Below are positions 18,916-28,355 of a DNA stretch of 64,000 bases, one piece after another. The stretch lies in the NCBI GenBank assembly GCA_963712275.1, contig CAVQHD010000001.1, positions 1,440,001 through 1,504,000 on the forward strand, written 5' to 3'. Below the pieces are notes generated by a model that ran no database searches, was not told the DNA's origin, and saw nothing but the letters and a program-made list of their open reading frames with translations. This stretch comes from an uncultured Rhabdochlamydiaceae bacterium. Its GTDB lineage: Bacteria > Chlamydiota > Chlamydiia > Chlamydiales > Rhabdochlamydiaceae. Positions within the stretch are counted from its first letter, which is position 1, and every line of letters starts with the position of its first letter. Both the position numbers and the translations under genes were made by a program.

Positions 18916-19039
18916 ACACAGAGAGGGATGAGATTGCACAGAGAAAAAAAAGAAATTTTTCTCTGTGCAATCTCATCCCTCTCTGTGTCTCTGTGGTGAA
19001 AAAATGTAAATAAGCCTTCCTCAACAAAGGTTTTAAACA
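18865..19039. repeat. Hairpin element copy 1: 84-bp perfect inverted repeat with 7-nt loop
   Basis: Arms 18865-18948 and 18956-19039, core CCACAGAGACACAGAG/CTCTGTGTCTCTGTGG. Confidence 0.95.
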
Positions 19040-19205
19040 AAGGATTTTTTTATGTCGAACTATTCCCATCGCCACATCGAAGAAAAATGGCAGCGCTCTG
19101 TGGTGAAAAAATGTAAATAAGCCTTCCTCAACAAAGGTTTTAAACAAAGGATTTTTTTTATGTCGAACTATTCCCATCGCCACATCGAAGAAAAATGGCA
19201 GCGCT
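18989..19205. repeat. ~107-bp tandem duplication of the right arm terminus plus the first 15 leuS codons
   Basis: CTCTGTGGTGAAAAAATG...ATGTCGAACTATTCCCATCGCCACATCGAAGAAAAATGGCAGCGC at 18989 and 19096. Confidence 0.95.
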
Positions 19206-21688
19206 TCTGGGAAGAAAATGATCTTTTTCATACAGAAGTCGATCTGACAAGGCCAAAGTTCTATATTCTAGACATGTTTCCCTACCCTTCCGGTGCAGGA
19301 CTTCATGTGGGACATGTGACGGGGTATACAGCCACTGACATTATTGCCAGGTATATGAGAACCAAGGGGTATAATGTTCTACATCCCATGGGGTGGGATA
19401 GCTTTGGCCTTCCGGCAGAGCAGTACGCCATTCGGACAGGAACCCACCCTGCAGCGACAACGGAGCAAAATATCAATACATATCGCAGACAGCTCAAATC
19501 CCTCGGGTTTAGCTATGACTGGGATCGGGAAGTTGCCACAAGCGATCCGGGTTACTATAAATGGACTCAATGGATTTTTACAAAGCTCTATGAAAAAGGG
19601 CTTGCCTATGAGGCAGAGATGCTTGTCAACTACTGCCCTGCACTTGGGACCGTGCTTGCAAATGAAGAGGTAGATAATGGGCATGCGAAAGAGGGAGGAT
19701 ATCCCATTGAGAGGCGCCCCCTTAAACAATGGATCTTAAAAATCACTGCTTACGCGGATCGACTTTTACAAGACTTGAAGCTCTTGGACTGGCCTGATTC
19801 TTTAAAACGACTTCAAGAGAATTGGATTGGCCGAAGCGAAGGAGCAAAAATTATCTTTCCCATTGAAGGGCGCGCAGAATCGATCTCGGTTTTCACAACG
19901 CGTCATGATACTCTCTTTGGGGTCACGTTTCTTGTCCTTGCCCCGGAGCATCCGCTCGTCTCAAAAATCACACCTTCTTCTCACCAGAAGGCGGTGGAAG
20001 CGTATCGAAAAGAGGCCGCCGGAAAATCGGATTTGCAAAGAACCGATCTTGCGAAAGATAAAACAGGTGTTTGGACGGGCGCCTATGCGATCAACCCGGT
20101 GAATAAAAAGAGAGTCCCTATTTGGATTGCAGACTACGTACTAGCAAGCTACGGGACAGGGGCTGTCATGGGGGTTCCAGGAAGCGATGAGCGGGATTTT
20201 ATCTTTGCGACTCAATTTCATCTGCCTATTCTTTTTGTGGTTCGCCCTAAAGATTCATCTGCCGGGCAAGATGTGTGTTGGACGGAAGATGGGACTCTTT
20301 GCCATAGCGGGTTTCTCGATGGCCTTTCTGTTGAAGAGGCAAAGGAAAAGATTTCTCTGTGGCTGGAGCGAGAAAAAGCGGGGGAGAGAACAGTCACCTA
20401 TAAGCTCAGAGACTGGCTTTTCTCCAGGCAACGGTATTGGGGCGAGCCGTTTCCTATTCTCCACTTTGCCGATGGAACTCGGCGGGTTCTTGATTTAGAT
20501 GAACTTCCTCTTGTCCCTCCTCAGCTAACGGACTATAAACCATCGGGAGAAGGGCAAAGTCCTATTGCTAAAGTTAAAGAATGGGTTGAGGTGCTAGATC
20601 CTAAAACAGGCCGAGCAGCATGCCGAGAGACCCAGACAATGCCTCAGTGGGCGGGGTCGTGCTGGTATTACCTTCGCTTTTGCGATCCCCATAATCAAGA
20701 AGCAGCTTGGAGCCCTAGTAAAGAAAAATACTGGATGCCGGTTGATCTCTACGTCGGAGGGGTGGAACACGCTGTGCTCCATCTACTCTACGCACGGTTT
20801 TGGCATAAAGTGCTCTACGATTGCGGCTATGTCTCAACCCTAGAGCCTTTTCAGAAGCTTCGCAATCAGGGACTTTTAACGGCGCGCTCTTTTCGATTGC
20901 CGGCAGGCAGCTACATTCCTTCGAATGAAGTTTATGAAAAAGGAGAGGAGTTCTTTCAAATGGGAACAGAAGCTCCTCTCAAGAGTCAAATCGAAAAAAT
21001 GTCAAAATCAAAACTCAATGGGGTGACTCCTGACGAGATGATTGAAGAATTTGGAGCCGACGCTCTTCGCCTCTATGAAATGTTCATGGGCCCTTTTGAG
21101 CAAGAAAAGGTGTGGAATACCGATGCCGTGCAAGGATGCGCCAGATTCTTAAACCGTTTTTATAATCTCGTCACTTCTTCGAAAGTCACCTCTGAAAAAG
21201 AGGAGGTAGGGTTAAAACTTGCCCACCGTGTGGTCTTCTTCGTTGAAAAAGAGATTCAATCGATGTCGTTTAATACAGCCATTGCAAAAATGATGGAATT
21301 TATCAACGACTTCTCCTCCCTTCCACAGTATTCAAAAGAGGCGCTTAAAATGGTGACTCAAGCGCTTTATCCTTTCGCGCCGCACATTGCCGAAGAGGCA
21401 TGGCAGCTTTTAGGAGAGCAAGAGAGTTTAACGTACACTCCTTTTCCAGTGATTGACCCAACCTATTTGATCGATGAGACAATCCTTTATATTGTTCAAG
21501 TCAATGGAAAGGTGCGCGGTAAATGGGAGCTTCCGAAAGACAAGCCCCAGGAAGAGATCTTATCCTTTATTCAAACACAGCCCCAAATTATGAAGCACCT
21601 TCAGGAAGCAGAAATTGAAAAAGTGATTTTCGTGCCTAATAGACTCATTAACCTTGTCGTTCAATCGCATGCTTCGCCTAATTTATAA
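19160..21688 (+). CDS. leuS: Leucine--tRNA ligase
   Basis: MFPYPSGAGLHVGH, DWLFSRQRYWG, EHAVLHLLYARF, KMSKS. Confidence 0.98.
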   Translation: MSNYSHRHIEEKWQRFWEENDLFHTEVDLTRPKFYILDMFPYPSGAGLHVGHVTGYTATDIIARYMRTKGYNVLHPMGWDSFGLPAEQYAIRTGTHPAATTEQNINTYRRQLKSLGFSYDWDREVATSDPGYYKWTQWIFTKLYEKGLAYEAEMLVNYCPALGTVLANEEVDNGHAKEGGYPIERRPLKQWILKITAYADRLLQDLKLLDWPDSLKRLQENWIGRSEGAKIIFPIEGRAESISVFTTRHDTLFGVTFLVLAPEHPLVSKITPSSHQKAVEAYRKEAAGKSDLQRTDLAKDKTGVWTGAYAINPVNKKRVPIWIADYVLASYGTGAVMGVPGSDERDFIFATQFHLPILFVVRPKDSSAGQDVCWTEDGTLCHSGFLDGLSVEEAKEKISLWLEREKAGERTVTYKLRDWLFSRQRYWGEPFPILHFADGTRRVLDLDELPLVPPQLTDYKPSGEGQSPIAKVKEWVEVLDPKTGRAACRETQTMPQWAGSCWYYLRFCDPHNQEAAWSPSKEKYWMPVDLYVGGVEHAVLHLLYARFWHKVLYDCGYVSTLEPFQKLRNQGLLTARSFRLPAGSYIPSNEVYEKGEEFFQMGTEAPLKSQIEKMSKSKLNGVTPDEMIEEFGADALRLYEMFMGPFEQEKVWNTDAVQGCARFLNRFYNLVTSSKVTSEKEEVGLKLAHRVVFFVEKEIQSMSFNTAIAKMMEFINDFSSLPQYSKEALKMVTQALYPFAPHIAEEAWQLLGEQESLTYTPFPVIDPTYLIDETILYIVQVNGKVRGKWELPKDKPQEEILSFIQTQPQIMKHLQEAEIEKVIFVPNRLINLVVQSHASPNL

Positions 21689-22940
21689 CGGGGTGCTCTT
21701 CCTCTTTGTTCTCCTCTGCCTTCCTAAATGGATTTGGGAAGCCTGCTTTCATCGAAAACACCGTCGCTCATTTCTTGAAAAACTAGGGATTAAAATTCCT
21801 TCATTTCCCTCTTCCTTATCAAGGCCTCGGATTTGGATTCACTCGATTTCCGTTGGAGAAACAAAAGCAATAGCGCCTCTTTTTGCGCTCATCAAAGAAA
21901 AGATGCCAAAGGCTTCCCTTATCGTCTCAACTGTTTCTGAAACAGGGCAGGAGGAGGCTAAGCGAAGCCTGGCAGGAGCAGACCACTATTTCTACCTTCC
22001 CCTTGATTTTTCCTGGACTATTCGCCGCCTGATTAAAAAGATCGACCCTGATCTTTTGATTCTGGTCGAAGGGGATTTTTGGTTTAACTTGATTTGGGAG
22101 GCCCCTTGCATTGCCCTTGTCAATGGTAAGATTTCAGAGAGATCCCTCTCTCGTTTTCAGAGAGTCCCTTTTTTTGCAAAACCTCTCTTTCAGAAGATCG
22201 ACCTGCTCTGCGTCCAAAGCGAGTGTTTTGTCTCTCGCTTTAAAGAATTGGGGGCTCTCCCAAGTCGTATTGTCGTGACTGGCAATTTGAAGCTTGATCA
22301 ACGATTCCCAGCAATCGACAAAGAGAAGTGGAGGCAAGAGCTTCAAATTAAGCCCCAAGACCTAGTCATCACCATCGGCTCCACTCACGCGCCTGAAGAA
22401 GAAGAGCTTTTAGAAGCCCTTAAACCCCTTTTTACACAGTTGCCGACCCTAAAAATTTTACTCGTTCCTCGGCATCCGGAGCGGTTTTCCTCTGTTGCCA
22501 CTCTTTTACATCAAAAAGGGATTGACTTTAGCCGTTTTTCAGAGCACCCGCAAGAGAGCAAGCAAGTGATGCTCATCGATGCCATGGGGGTTTTAACTTC
22601 ATGCTACCAGCTCTCTCATTTAGCTATCGTGGGAGGGAGTTTCGTCTCGCATGTGGGAGGGCATAATGTCTTTGAGCCTGCAGCAGTAGGAGTTCCGGTT
22701 CTTTTCGGTCCTTTCATGGAGGCTCAAAAAGATCTCGTCCAACTCACAACCCAAGCAGGGGCTGGCAAGCAAGTCGACCTTGCCCATCTAGCCTCTTTTG
22801 TCAGTGAACTCCTTGCAGATCCTTTGCCTCGTGCATGGCACACGATGCACGAAGCGGGGCTTCGCCTTGCGAGTGAAGCGTGTGGCTCGACAGGCAGAAC
22901 ATGGCAAGCCCTTGAAAGGTTAGGTCCCTTAAACAAATAG
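21669..22940 (+). CDS. waaA: 3-deoxy-D-manno-octulosonic acid (Kdo) transferase (chlamydial gseA)
   Basis: IWIHSISVGE, YLPLD, TGNLKLD, GSTH..EE, VPRHPERF, GGHNVFEPA. Confidence 0.95.
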   Translation: MLRLIYNGVLFLFVLLCLPKWIWEACFHRKHRRSFLEKLGIKIPSFPSSLSRPRIWIHSISVGETKAIAPLFALIKEKMPKASLIVSTVSETGQEEAKRSLAGADHYFYLPLDFSWTIRRLIKKIDPDLLILVEGDFWFNLIWEAPCIALVNGKISERSLSRFQRVPFFAKPLFQKIDLLCVQSECFVSRFKELGALPSRIVVTGNLKLDQRFPAIDKEKWRQELQIKPQDLVITIGSTHAPEEEELLEALKPLFTQLPTLKILLVPRHPERFSSVATLLHQKGIDFSRFSEHPQESKQVMLIDAMGVLTSCYQLSHLAIVGGSFVSHVGGHNVFEPAAVGVPVLFGPFMEAQKDLVQLTTQAGAGKQVDLAHLASFVSELLADPLPRAWHTMHEAGLRLASEACGSTGRTWQALERLGPLNK

Positions 22941-22957
22941 CTTCTTAAGACAGCTTC

Positions 22958-25063
22958 TTACGGAGTGCAATCACAGCTACCTGCTGGTACAAAGATAACA
23001 GTTCCTACCGTTGGAGCAAATGTGCCCACATTTCCTTCTGCGGGAGCAAGCTGAATTATTCCTGCACTACCAGAGGGGGCAACCTCATAACCCACTGGAA
23101 CAAGGCTTGTATTATCGATGAGATTTAAACAAAGTGTCCCGCCCGCATTCGTCACAGCTCTAATTCCTGAAAATCCTCCTAGCACATTGGTGACAACGTT
23201 ATTTTTCACCGTTACCTGTGTCGGCGGACTAATAGCCCCCTGGCCGATGATTCCAATTCCTACACCTCCTGTCACATTGCTGATTTGATTACCTTCGATC
23301 ATTAAGCACGCATTGTCTGTGGCAGTCAATATTCCTCGTGTACTTGAATCAAGAGAATCGATCGTGTTGAAACTAACGTTAGCTTGACTGAAACCCGGTG
23401 GTCCAGCACTTGTTCCCAAGAAAATACCATCGCCTGTTCCTCCATTAATACGAATCATATTTCTCATAATATCAAGATTGTAAGAACCGCCGTTATTTGC
23501 ATTTATCGCAATGCCAGTCTGATAAGGCCCTGAGATGATATTATAAGAGATCGTCCCTGTGATGAATGCTCCAGGCGCTGTAACAATTCTAATGGCTTCA
23601 AAAGTGACAGGAGCTGTCGTTGAGATCTGGTTATTAGTCACTATCAATAGTCCATTGCCTATGATTGTAATCGATCCAAAACTATCAAAATTGTCAAATC
23701 CTCCAAGGATATTATCGTGAATATAAGCTCCGTTAATTACATTGCCTAGGATGTCTTCATCTGTCGTCATGCTTCCAAGGATTTGAAGTCCTGACACTTC
23801 ATTTCCACTGGCAAGAGAAACGACGGCGTTTGCAGAAGCTGTGATTGCAGGAAAACTTGGGCTCATCTGCGGAATGACGACATCCCCTAGAGTCGTTTGT
23901 AATGTCTGCGCAATGCCTGCTCCAAAGAGTTTCTGATTGTCTTGGAGCACAATGCCATTAGACATCCCTGTGGAGGTGCCATCTCCTGAGAAGATGTAGA
24001 TTACATCTCCTGGAGATGAGGCAGTTTCCGCATCGCTAAGGGTCGAGAAAGGGCTCTCAAAGGTTCCAAGCGAGTGGCTGGTGTTGTCAACAAACCAGAA
24101 GGTATATGGATTACCGGTGAGAGGGTTTATAGCGAGCTGGTGCGATTTGTGTTTTTTGATCATCGGGATCTCAAACCGGTAAGGAGATTGGACGGCTCTT
24201 GTCTGCAGAAGGTCCTGGTTGGGCTTAGGCAAGCAGGGTCCTTTCCTTGAGAGCTTTGCTCCAAATGGGACTCGGAGGGCGATACTTCCTTGCACGGTTC
24301 CTTTAAAGATTGAGTCGTAGCTTCCAGACAGTTCGAGTGTGATGTATTGTTTGTAGCTCCCTGTCAAGCGGGCTTTCCCTCCCCAGGCAGAGTCGTCTGA
24401 TCCCCATAGATAATAAGGGCTTATGCCTCCAAACAGATCGTAGTCAGTGGTGCTTTGCACGAAATGAACCCCAACCTCTCCGTCGATAGCAGAAAGAGCG
24501 CGCTTCTGCGTCCGCTCAACGAACATCGAGTAGCCCTTAAATTCATGAAACTTGAGTCCATAGTAGCGGCTTGTCTTCTTGCCTACGGGAAAATATCCGT
24601 TGAGGCGGTACTCCATCCGCTTTCCGACGAGCTCAAGCCCAGGACCGATCTGGTTGATGGTGAGCCGATTCTCACTTCGCACATCATAATAAAGATAGGC
24701 CCCTAAATAGTGGTTTATCTGGGAGAGAAGTGAGCGTGATCCAATCCCGATATTGCCTGCAAACTTGCCGTTGTTAAAGACATGACCTCTTAGGTCGATA
24801 AAAGGAAGGAAGTCGTTCCCAAAATACTTAGAGAGGAAAAACGCTTCTACCGTCGTATACCCCTGTTTATAGCCGACTCCTTGTGCTTCATTGTGCCGAA
24901 TGCCGATCTGATTATCATAGTAAGGTGAGATACATATATCTGGAGCAGACGGCTCTTGAGTGCGCGGATATTGCAGAGAGGCAAGACCCCCATAACAAGA
25001 TGAGATCATCACAATTGACGTGAGGACCCAGGTAGAAAATATTAAACGCGATCTTGCCATCAT
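22958..25063 (-). CDS. Inverse-autotransporter-like beta-barrel protein with C-terminal beta-helix passenger
   Basis: N-terminal barrel (DLRGHVFNNGKFAGNIGIG, YYDVR, GLEL, NGYFPVG), then FVDN..GTFESPFSTL..GDVIY and Asn/Gly/Ile-rich beta-helix repeats. Confidence 0.75.
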   Translation of the reverse strand: MMARSRLIFSTWVLTSIVMISSCYGGLASLQYPRTQEPSAPDICISPYYDNQIGIRHNEAQGVGYKQGYTTVEAFFLSKYFGNDFLPFIDLRGHVFNNGKFAGNIGIGSRSLLSQINHYLGAYLYYDVRSENRLTINQIGPGLELVGKRMEYRLNGYFPVGKKTSRYYGLKFHEFKGYSMFVERTQKRALSAIDGEVGVHFVQSTTDYDLFGGISPYYLWGSDDSAWGGKARLTGSYKQYITLELSGSYDSIFKGTVQGSIALRVPFGAKLSRKGPCLPKPNQDLLQTRAVQSPYRFEIPMIKKHKSHQLAINPLTGNPYTFWFVDNTSHSLGTFESPFSTLSDAETASSPGDVIYIFSGDGTSTGMSNGIVLQDNQKLFGAGIAQTLQTTLGDVVIPQMSPSFPAITASANAVVSLASGNEVSGLQILGSMTTDEDILGNVINGAYIHDNILGGFDNFDSFGSITIIGNGLLIVTNNQISTTAPVTFEAIRIVTAPGAFITGTISYNIISGPYQTGIAINANNGGSYNLDIMRNMIRINGGTGDGIFLGTSAGPPGFSQANVSFNTIDSLDSSTRGILTATDNACLMIEGNQISNVTGGVGIGIIGQGAISPPTQVTVKNNVVTNVLGGFSGIRAVTNAGGTLCLNLIDNTSLVPVGYEVAPSGSAGIIQLAPAEGNVGTFAPTVGTVIFVPAGSCDCTP

Positions 25064-25217
25064 AAAATACCTGTCTTAAGCTTTTACCATACAAATAGCA
25101 GTTCATAATTTTTTTTAAACTGTTTATTTTTTCTTCTTTTCAGCTCGCTGAACGTTCTCAAAAAATTATTGAGCTCGCATTAAATCAATTCCTTTCTTAT
25201 AATCACAACCACTTTAT

Positions 25218-25290
25218 CGCGGGGTGGAGCAGTGGTTAGCTCGTTGGGCTCATAACCCAAAGGCCGGAGGTTCGAATCCTTCCCCCGCTA
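25218..25290 (+). tRNA. Initiator tRNA-fMet(CAT)
   Basis: CGCGGGGTGGAGCAG, unpaired position 1, GGG/CCC anticodon stem, CTCATAA loop. Confidence 0.95.
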
Positions 25291-25314
25291 TTTTCTATTT
25301 CTAGAGGTGTCGAC

Positions 25315-25388
25315 GGCGGTATAGCTCAGTTGGTTAGAGCAGAGGAATCATAATCCTTGTGTCGTTGGTTCGAATCCGACTACCGCTA
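25315..25388 (+). tRNA. tRNA with CAT anticodon (elongator Met, or Ile2)
   Basis: GGCGGTATAGCTCAGTTGG...GAGGA-ATCATAA-TCCTT...GGTTCGAATCC. Confidence 0.9.
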
Positions 25389-25497
25389 TTGCAAAGAATT
25401 TTATGACTCTATCACGTAAGGCTCAACCCTTTGGCAGAAGATTTTATCAAATAGGGGAAAGGAAGCTTTTCCTATTTTTGAAAAATACTCAAAGAAA

Positions 25498-25917
25498 TTG
25501 ATTTCTCAATCGGATTCTTTTGAGAAGAAGTTCTCTTATTTCTTAGATGTTATTGAGCATTGCCCTGCAACTTATGTGGCAAGTTTCTGGAAAATGCTTA
25601 GTGTCCCTGTCACTGAGCTATCGGACGAGCAACAATTTAAGTGTTGGATTCGGCTTAACAGTACTGAAACAGCACAGGCTCTTAAAAAGGAGGGCTTTGA
25701 TCCAACTGTGCGTGGTAAAGATGGCCAGCCGCCTCTTCTTCATCTCTTGAATCCCGAGAAAAACCATAATCCGCTCCAATATGAACACGTGAAGGCTCTC
25801 TTGGATGTAGGTGCTTTTAAGAATAATATAAATAATGTTAAGCATCTAAGTATGGCCTTTGTTCGATCTCCTGATAGGCGAGCGATAAAGGCTTTGCTCG
25901 AAACGCATTTTCAATAG
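25498..25917 (+). CDS. Hypothetical protein with ankyrin-like segment, possibly N-truncated
   Basis: LKKEGFDPTVRGKDGQPPLLHL and VKALLDVGA resemble ankyrin repeats. TTG start without a clear RBS. Confidence 0.45.
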   Translation: MISQSDSFEKKFSYFLDVIEHCPATYVASFWKMLSVPVTELSDEQQFKCWIRLNSTETAQALKKEGFDPTVRGKDGQPPLLHLLNPEKNHNPLQYEHVKALLDVGAFKNNINNVKHLSMAFVRSPDRRAIKALLETHFQ

Positions 25918-27312
25918 AGCCAGTTGCAAAACTCCGATTTGGCTTCCAAAAACAGTCTTCTGACTTGCCTACAGTTAATCCCCAGAATATTAGCCACTTG
26001 TATTTAGGTTAGAGATTTTTTCCTTAGGCTTGGAAAACACATCTATCTTTCCTAACTCGTTGATATTCATAGATATAGCCCTATCCATATTTACACCTCT
26101 TTAATAATAAGTCGTTTATTACCAGGGAGGATATTTCTATTTGATCGCAAAACGGACATTTCTAAAAAATGCTAACAAATTAAAAAATAAAATTTACATT
26201 TTAATTAAAATACGTTATAATAACTATTATATTTAATAAATAAAAAGGAATTTATGACTATTTCTTCATTATCATTCAAAGAATCAATTGATGGCGCAAA
26301 CAGCAACTGTATTAATAATGATTTTGATGCCAAAATTGAAAATGTTTCCATGGCTTCAATAGAAAATATGGGCGTAATTTCAACTCCCGAACAGGTTGAG
26401 GATCTAAAATCAAATCTCTTTCTTCAAAGGAGTCGAGCTAAATATGATAAAGCTTTAAAGAATTTGCCTGAAGAACAGAGACACTTTTTATTTCTTGATA
26501 GAAAAAAATGGAATACAGTGAACCCGCCCAAAGTGGATCCTTTTCTTTTCGATAAGGGGAGTGAACCGGGGTATCGCGATGGAATGCAAGGGGGATTAAA
26601 TTACATTCGAGATCATATTGGAAAAAAAATGAACGCGGAAGAATTATGTACACTTCACGATATTTGTGTAGACGGAGTGTCTGCGTATTCAGGATGTCTT
26701 AAAAAGGGATCGGGACCTCTTAAAAAGGGATATGCTCCTGGCTATCTCTATCAAACCGGCAAACTGCCCGCGAACGTTGTTGCTGAGTGTAAGGAAGAAA
26801 ATATTATTTTTGATCCTGAGAGACATGATTCACTTAAGTTTGAGTTTTTAGCTGTTTATCCCGGTGGGTGTATTATCAGCCGTTTTGGAGAGCTTGATGA
26901 ACTACCAATAGTGCATGATAAAATTAATCAGCTGTTTGATAAATATTATAAGAGTATTGAATCCGCACAATCAGACGATGCTAAATTAGCTGCTATTGCC
27001 AGATTATGTCGCGCTCTTCAAATGTTTCATGTATTTCCAGATGGCAATGGAAGAACGATCCTATTTGCTTTGCTTCCTAAACTCTTGATTGAAAATAATT
27101 TTCCCCCTGTTATTTTAGAAGATGTCGCTAATTTTGCTACTGGATATTATACAGTGTCTAGCATGGTAGAGCAGCTGAAGCAAGGTATGCAAAATTATCA
27201 CGCACTTACTCAGCACTTTGCTATACATCCCTGTGAAAAAGAGCCCCATGAAAGTCGAGAACGATTCTGCACACTCTCCTAACCCAGGGTATTTGAGCCC
27301 GTTGCAAAACTC
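25917..27312. repeat. 18-bp direct repeats resembling IS ends flanking the Fic gene
   Basis: GAGCCAGTTGCAAAACTC (25917-25934) and GAGCCCGTTGCAAAACTC (27295-27312). Confidence 0.65.
26254..27282 (+). CDS. Fic-domain protein with C-terminal CaaX-like motif
   Basis: HVFPDGNGRT Fic signature, ends ...RFCTLS. Very AT-rich upstream region. Confidence 0.9.
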   Translation: MTISSLSFKESIDGANSNCINNDFDAKIENVSMASIENMGVISTPEQVEDLKSNLFLQRSRAKYDKALKNLPEEQRHFLFLDRKKWNTVNPPKVDPFLFDKGSEPGYRDGMQGGLNYIRDHIGKKMNAEELCTLHDICVDGVSAYSGCLKKGSGPLKKGYAPGYLYQTGKLPANVVAECKEENIIFDPERHDSLKFEFLAVYPGGCIISRFGELDELPIVHDKINQLFDKYYKSIESAQSDDAKLAAIARLCRALQMFHVFPDGNGRTILFALLPKLLIENNFPPVILEDVANFATGYYTVSSMVEQLKQGMQNYHALTQHFAIHPCEKEPHESRERFCTLS

Positions 27313-27314
27313 TC

Positions 27315-28355
27315 TCAATAACTCATTGAGTTGAGCTTGACCTTGCCACGGAAGACACGATGAATGTAGGGGAAATAGAAGAATGAGAGAGGAACCCCGG
27401 TCAGTGAAACACCAACTAAGATCCACAGAGCAAGCTCAGAGACGGAGCTATTCATGAAAGAGAGGGAGGCTGCTGGATCAAGAGTCGACCGCGCGAGATA
27501 GGGGAAGGTTCCTATTAAGAAAAGAACGAGCAGGAAGAAGATGGAGAGGCAAGAACAGAAAAAGGCCTGGCTATCTTGTCGTTTGCGGATGGAATACGGG
27601 ATGGCTAAGATCGACCCAAAGCTACAGAGAGGAAAGGCAGCCAGCCAGGGGTAGGTGATGAAAGGGCGATGCATATGCGGCTGCGTTATCCATGTCATGG
27701 TGGTACCAATCACCCACATCACAAGAAAGCATGTGACAGTCCAATGAGTCCATCGTCTGATCTTATCATGAAAAGCTCCTTCTGTTTTCATCAAAACATA
27801 GAGAGATCCATGCATCATGAAGCAGGAGATGCTAAGTAAAACCACGACGAGGGTATAAGGCTTGAGAAGGGCCTCCAAGCCTCCTTCTATCACTCCTTGG
27901 GCGTTCAGGGGAACGCCTTGAATGAGGTTCCCCAGAAGGCTGCCTAAAATGACGGTCAGCACAAGGCTTGCAAAGAAAAAGCTGCCATCCCAAAGCGATC
28001 TCCAGGCTCGGCTCTCTTTTTTACTCCGAAATTCAATGGCTGCGGCACGGAGCATAAAGCCGAAAAGAAGAAGCATAAAAGGAGTATAGAGGTTTGGCAT
28101 AAGAATGGAAAAGGCCATTGGAAAGGCGGCAAAAAGGACTCCTCCGCCAATGACAATCCATGTCGAATTTCCATCCCAGACGGGCCCGATGGAGTTGATC
28201 ATCACGCGCCTCTCTTGATCGGTTTTTGTAAACAAATGGAGACAGCCAACTCCAAGGTCAAACCCATCCAATGTGGCGTAGGCAACGATGGATACCATCA
28301 AGACGATATACATTAAAAATTGGGCAAGCCAAAGAGTATCGAGCAGGTTATACAT
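27315..28355 (-). CDS. cydB: Cytochrome bd oxidase subunit II
   Basis: LDGFDLGVG, IGPVWDGNSTW, LFAAFP, RAAAIEFRSK. Confidence 0.95.
   Translation of the reverse strand: MYNLLDTLWLAQFLMYIVLMVSIVAYATLDGFDLGVGCLHLFTKTDQERRVMINSIGPVWDGNSTWIVIGGGVLFAAFPMAFSILMPNLYTPFMLLLFGFMLRAAAIEFRSKKESRAWRSLWDGSFFFASLVLTVILGSLLGNLIQGVPLNAQGVIEGGLEALLKPYTLVVVLLSISCFMMHGSLYVLMKTEGAFHDKIRRWTHWTVTCFLVMWVIGTTMTWITQPHMHRPFITYPWLAAFPLCSFGSILAIPYSIRKRQDSQAFFCSCLSIFFLLVLFLIGTFPYLARSTLDPAASLSFMNSSVSELALWILVGVSLTGVPLSFFYFPYIHRVFRGKVKLNSMSY

Noticed and set aside
18720..19205. Possible CRISPR array
   Set aside because: The repeats are inverted arms and tandem duplications of flanking DNA, not constant repeats with unique spacers. 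No cas genes are present.
18905..19231. 108-aa minus-strand ORF with an internal repeat
   Set aside because: It is a translation of the hairpin and duplication and overlaps leuS antisense. The same applies to 30415-30648 and 63124-63345.
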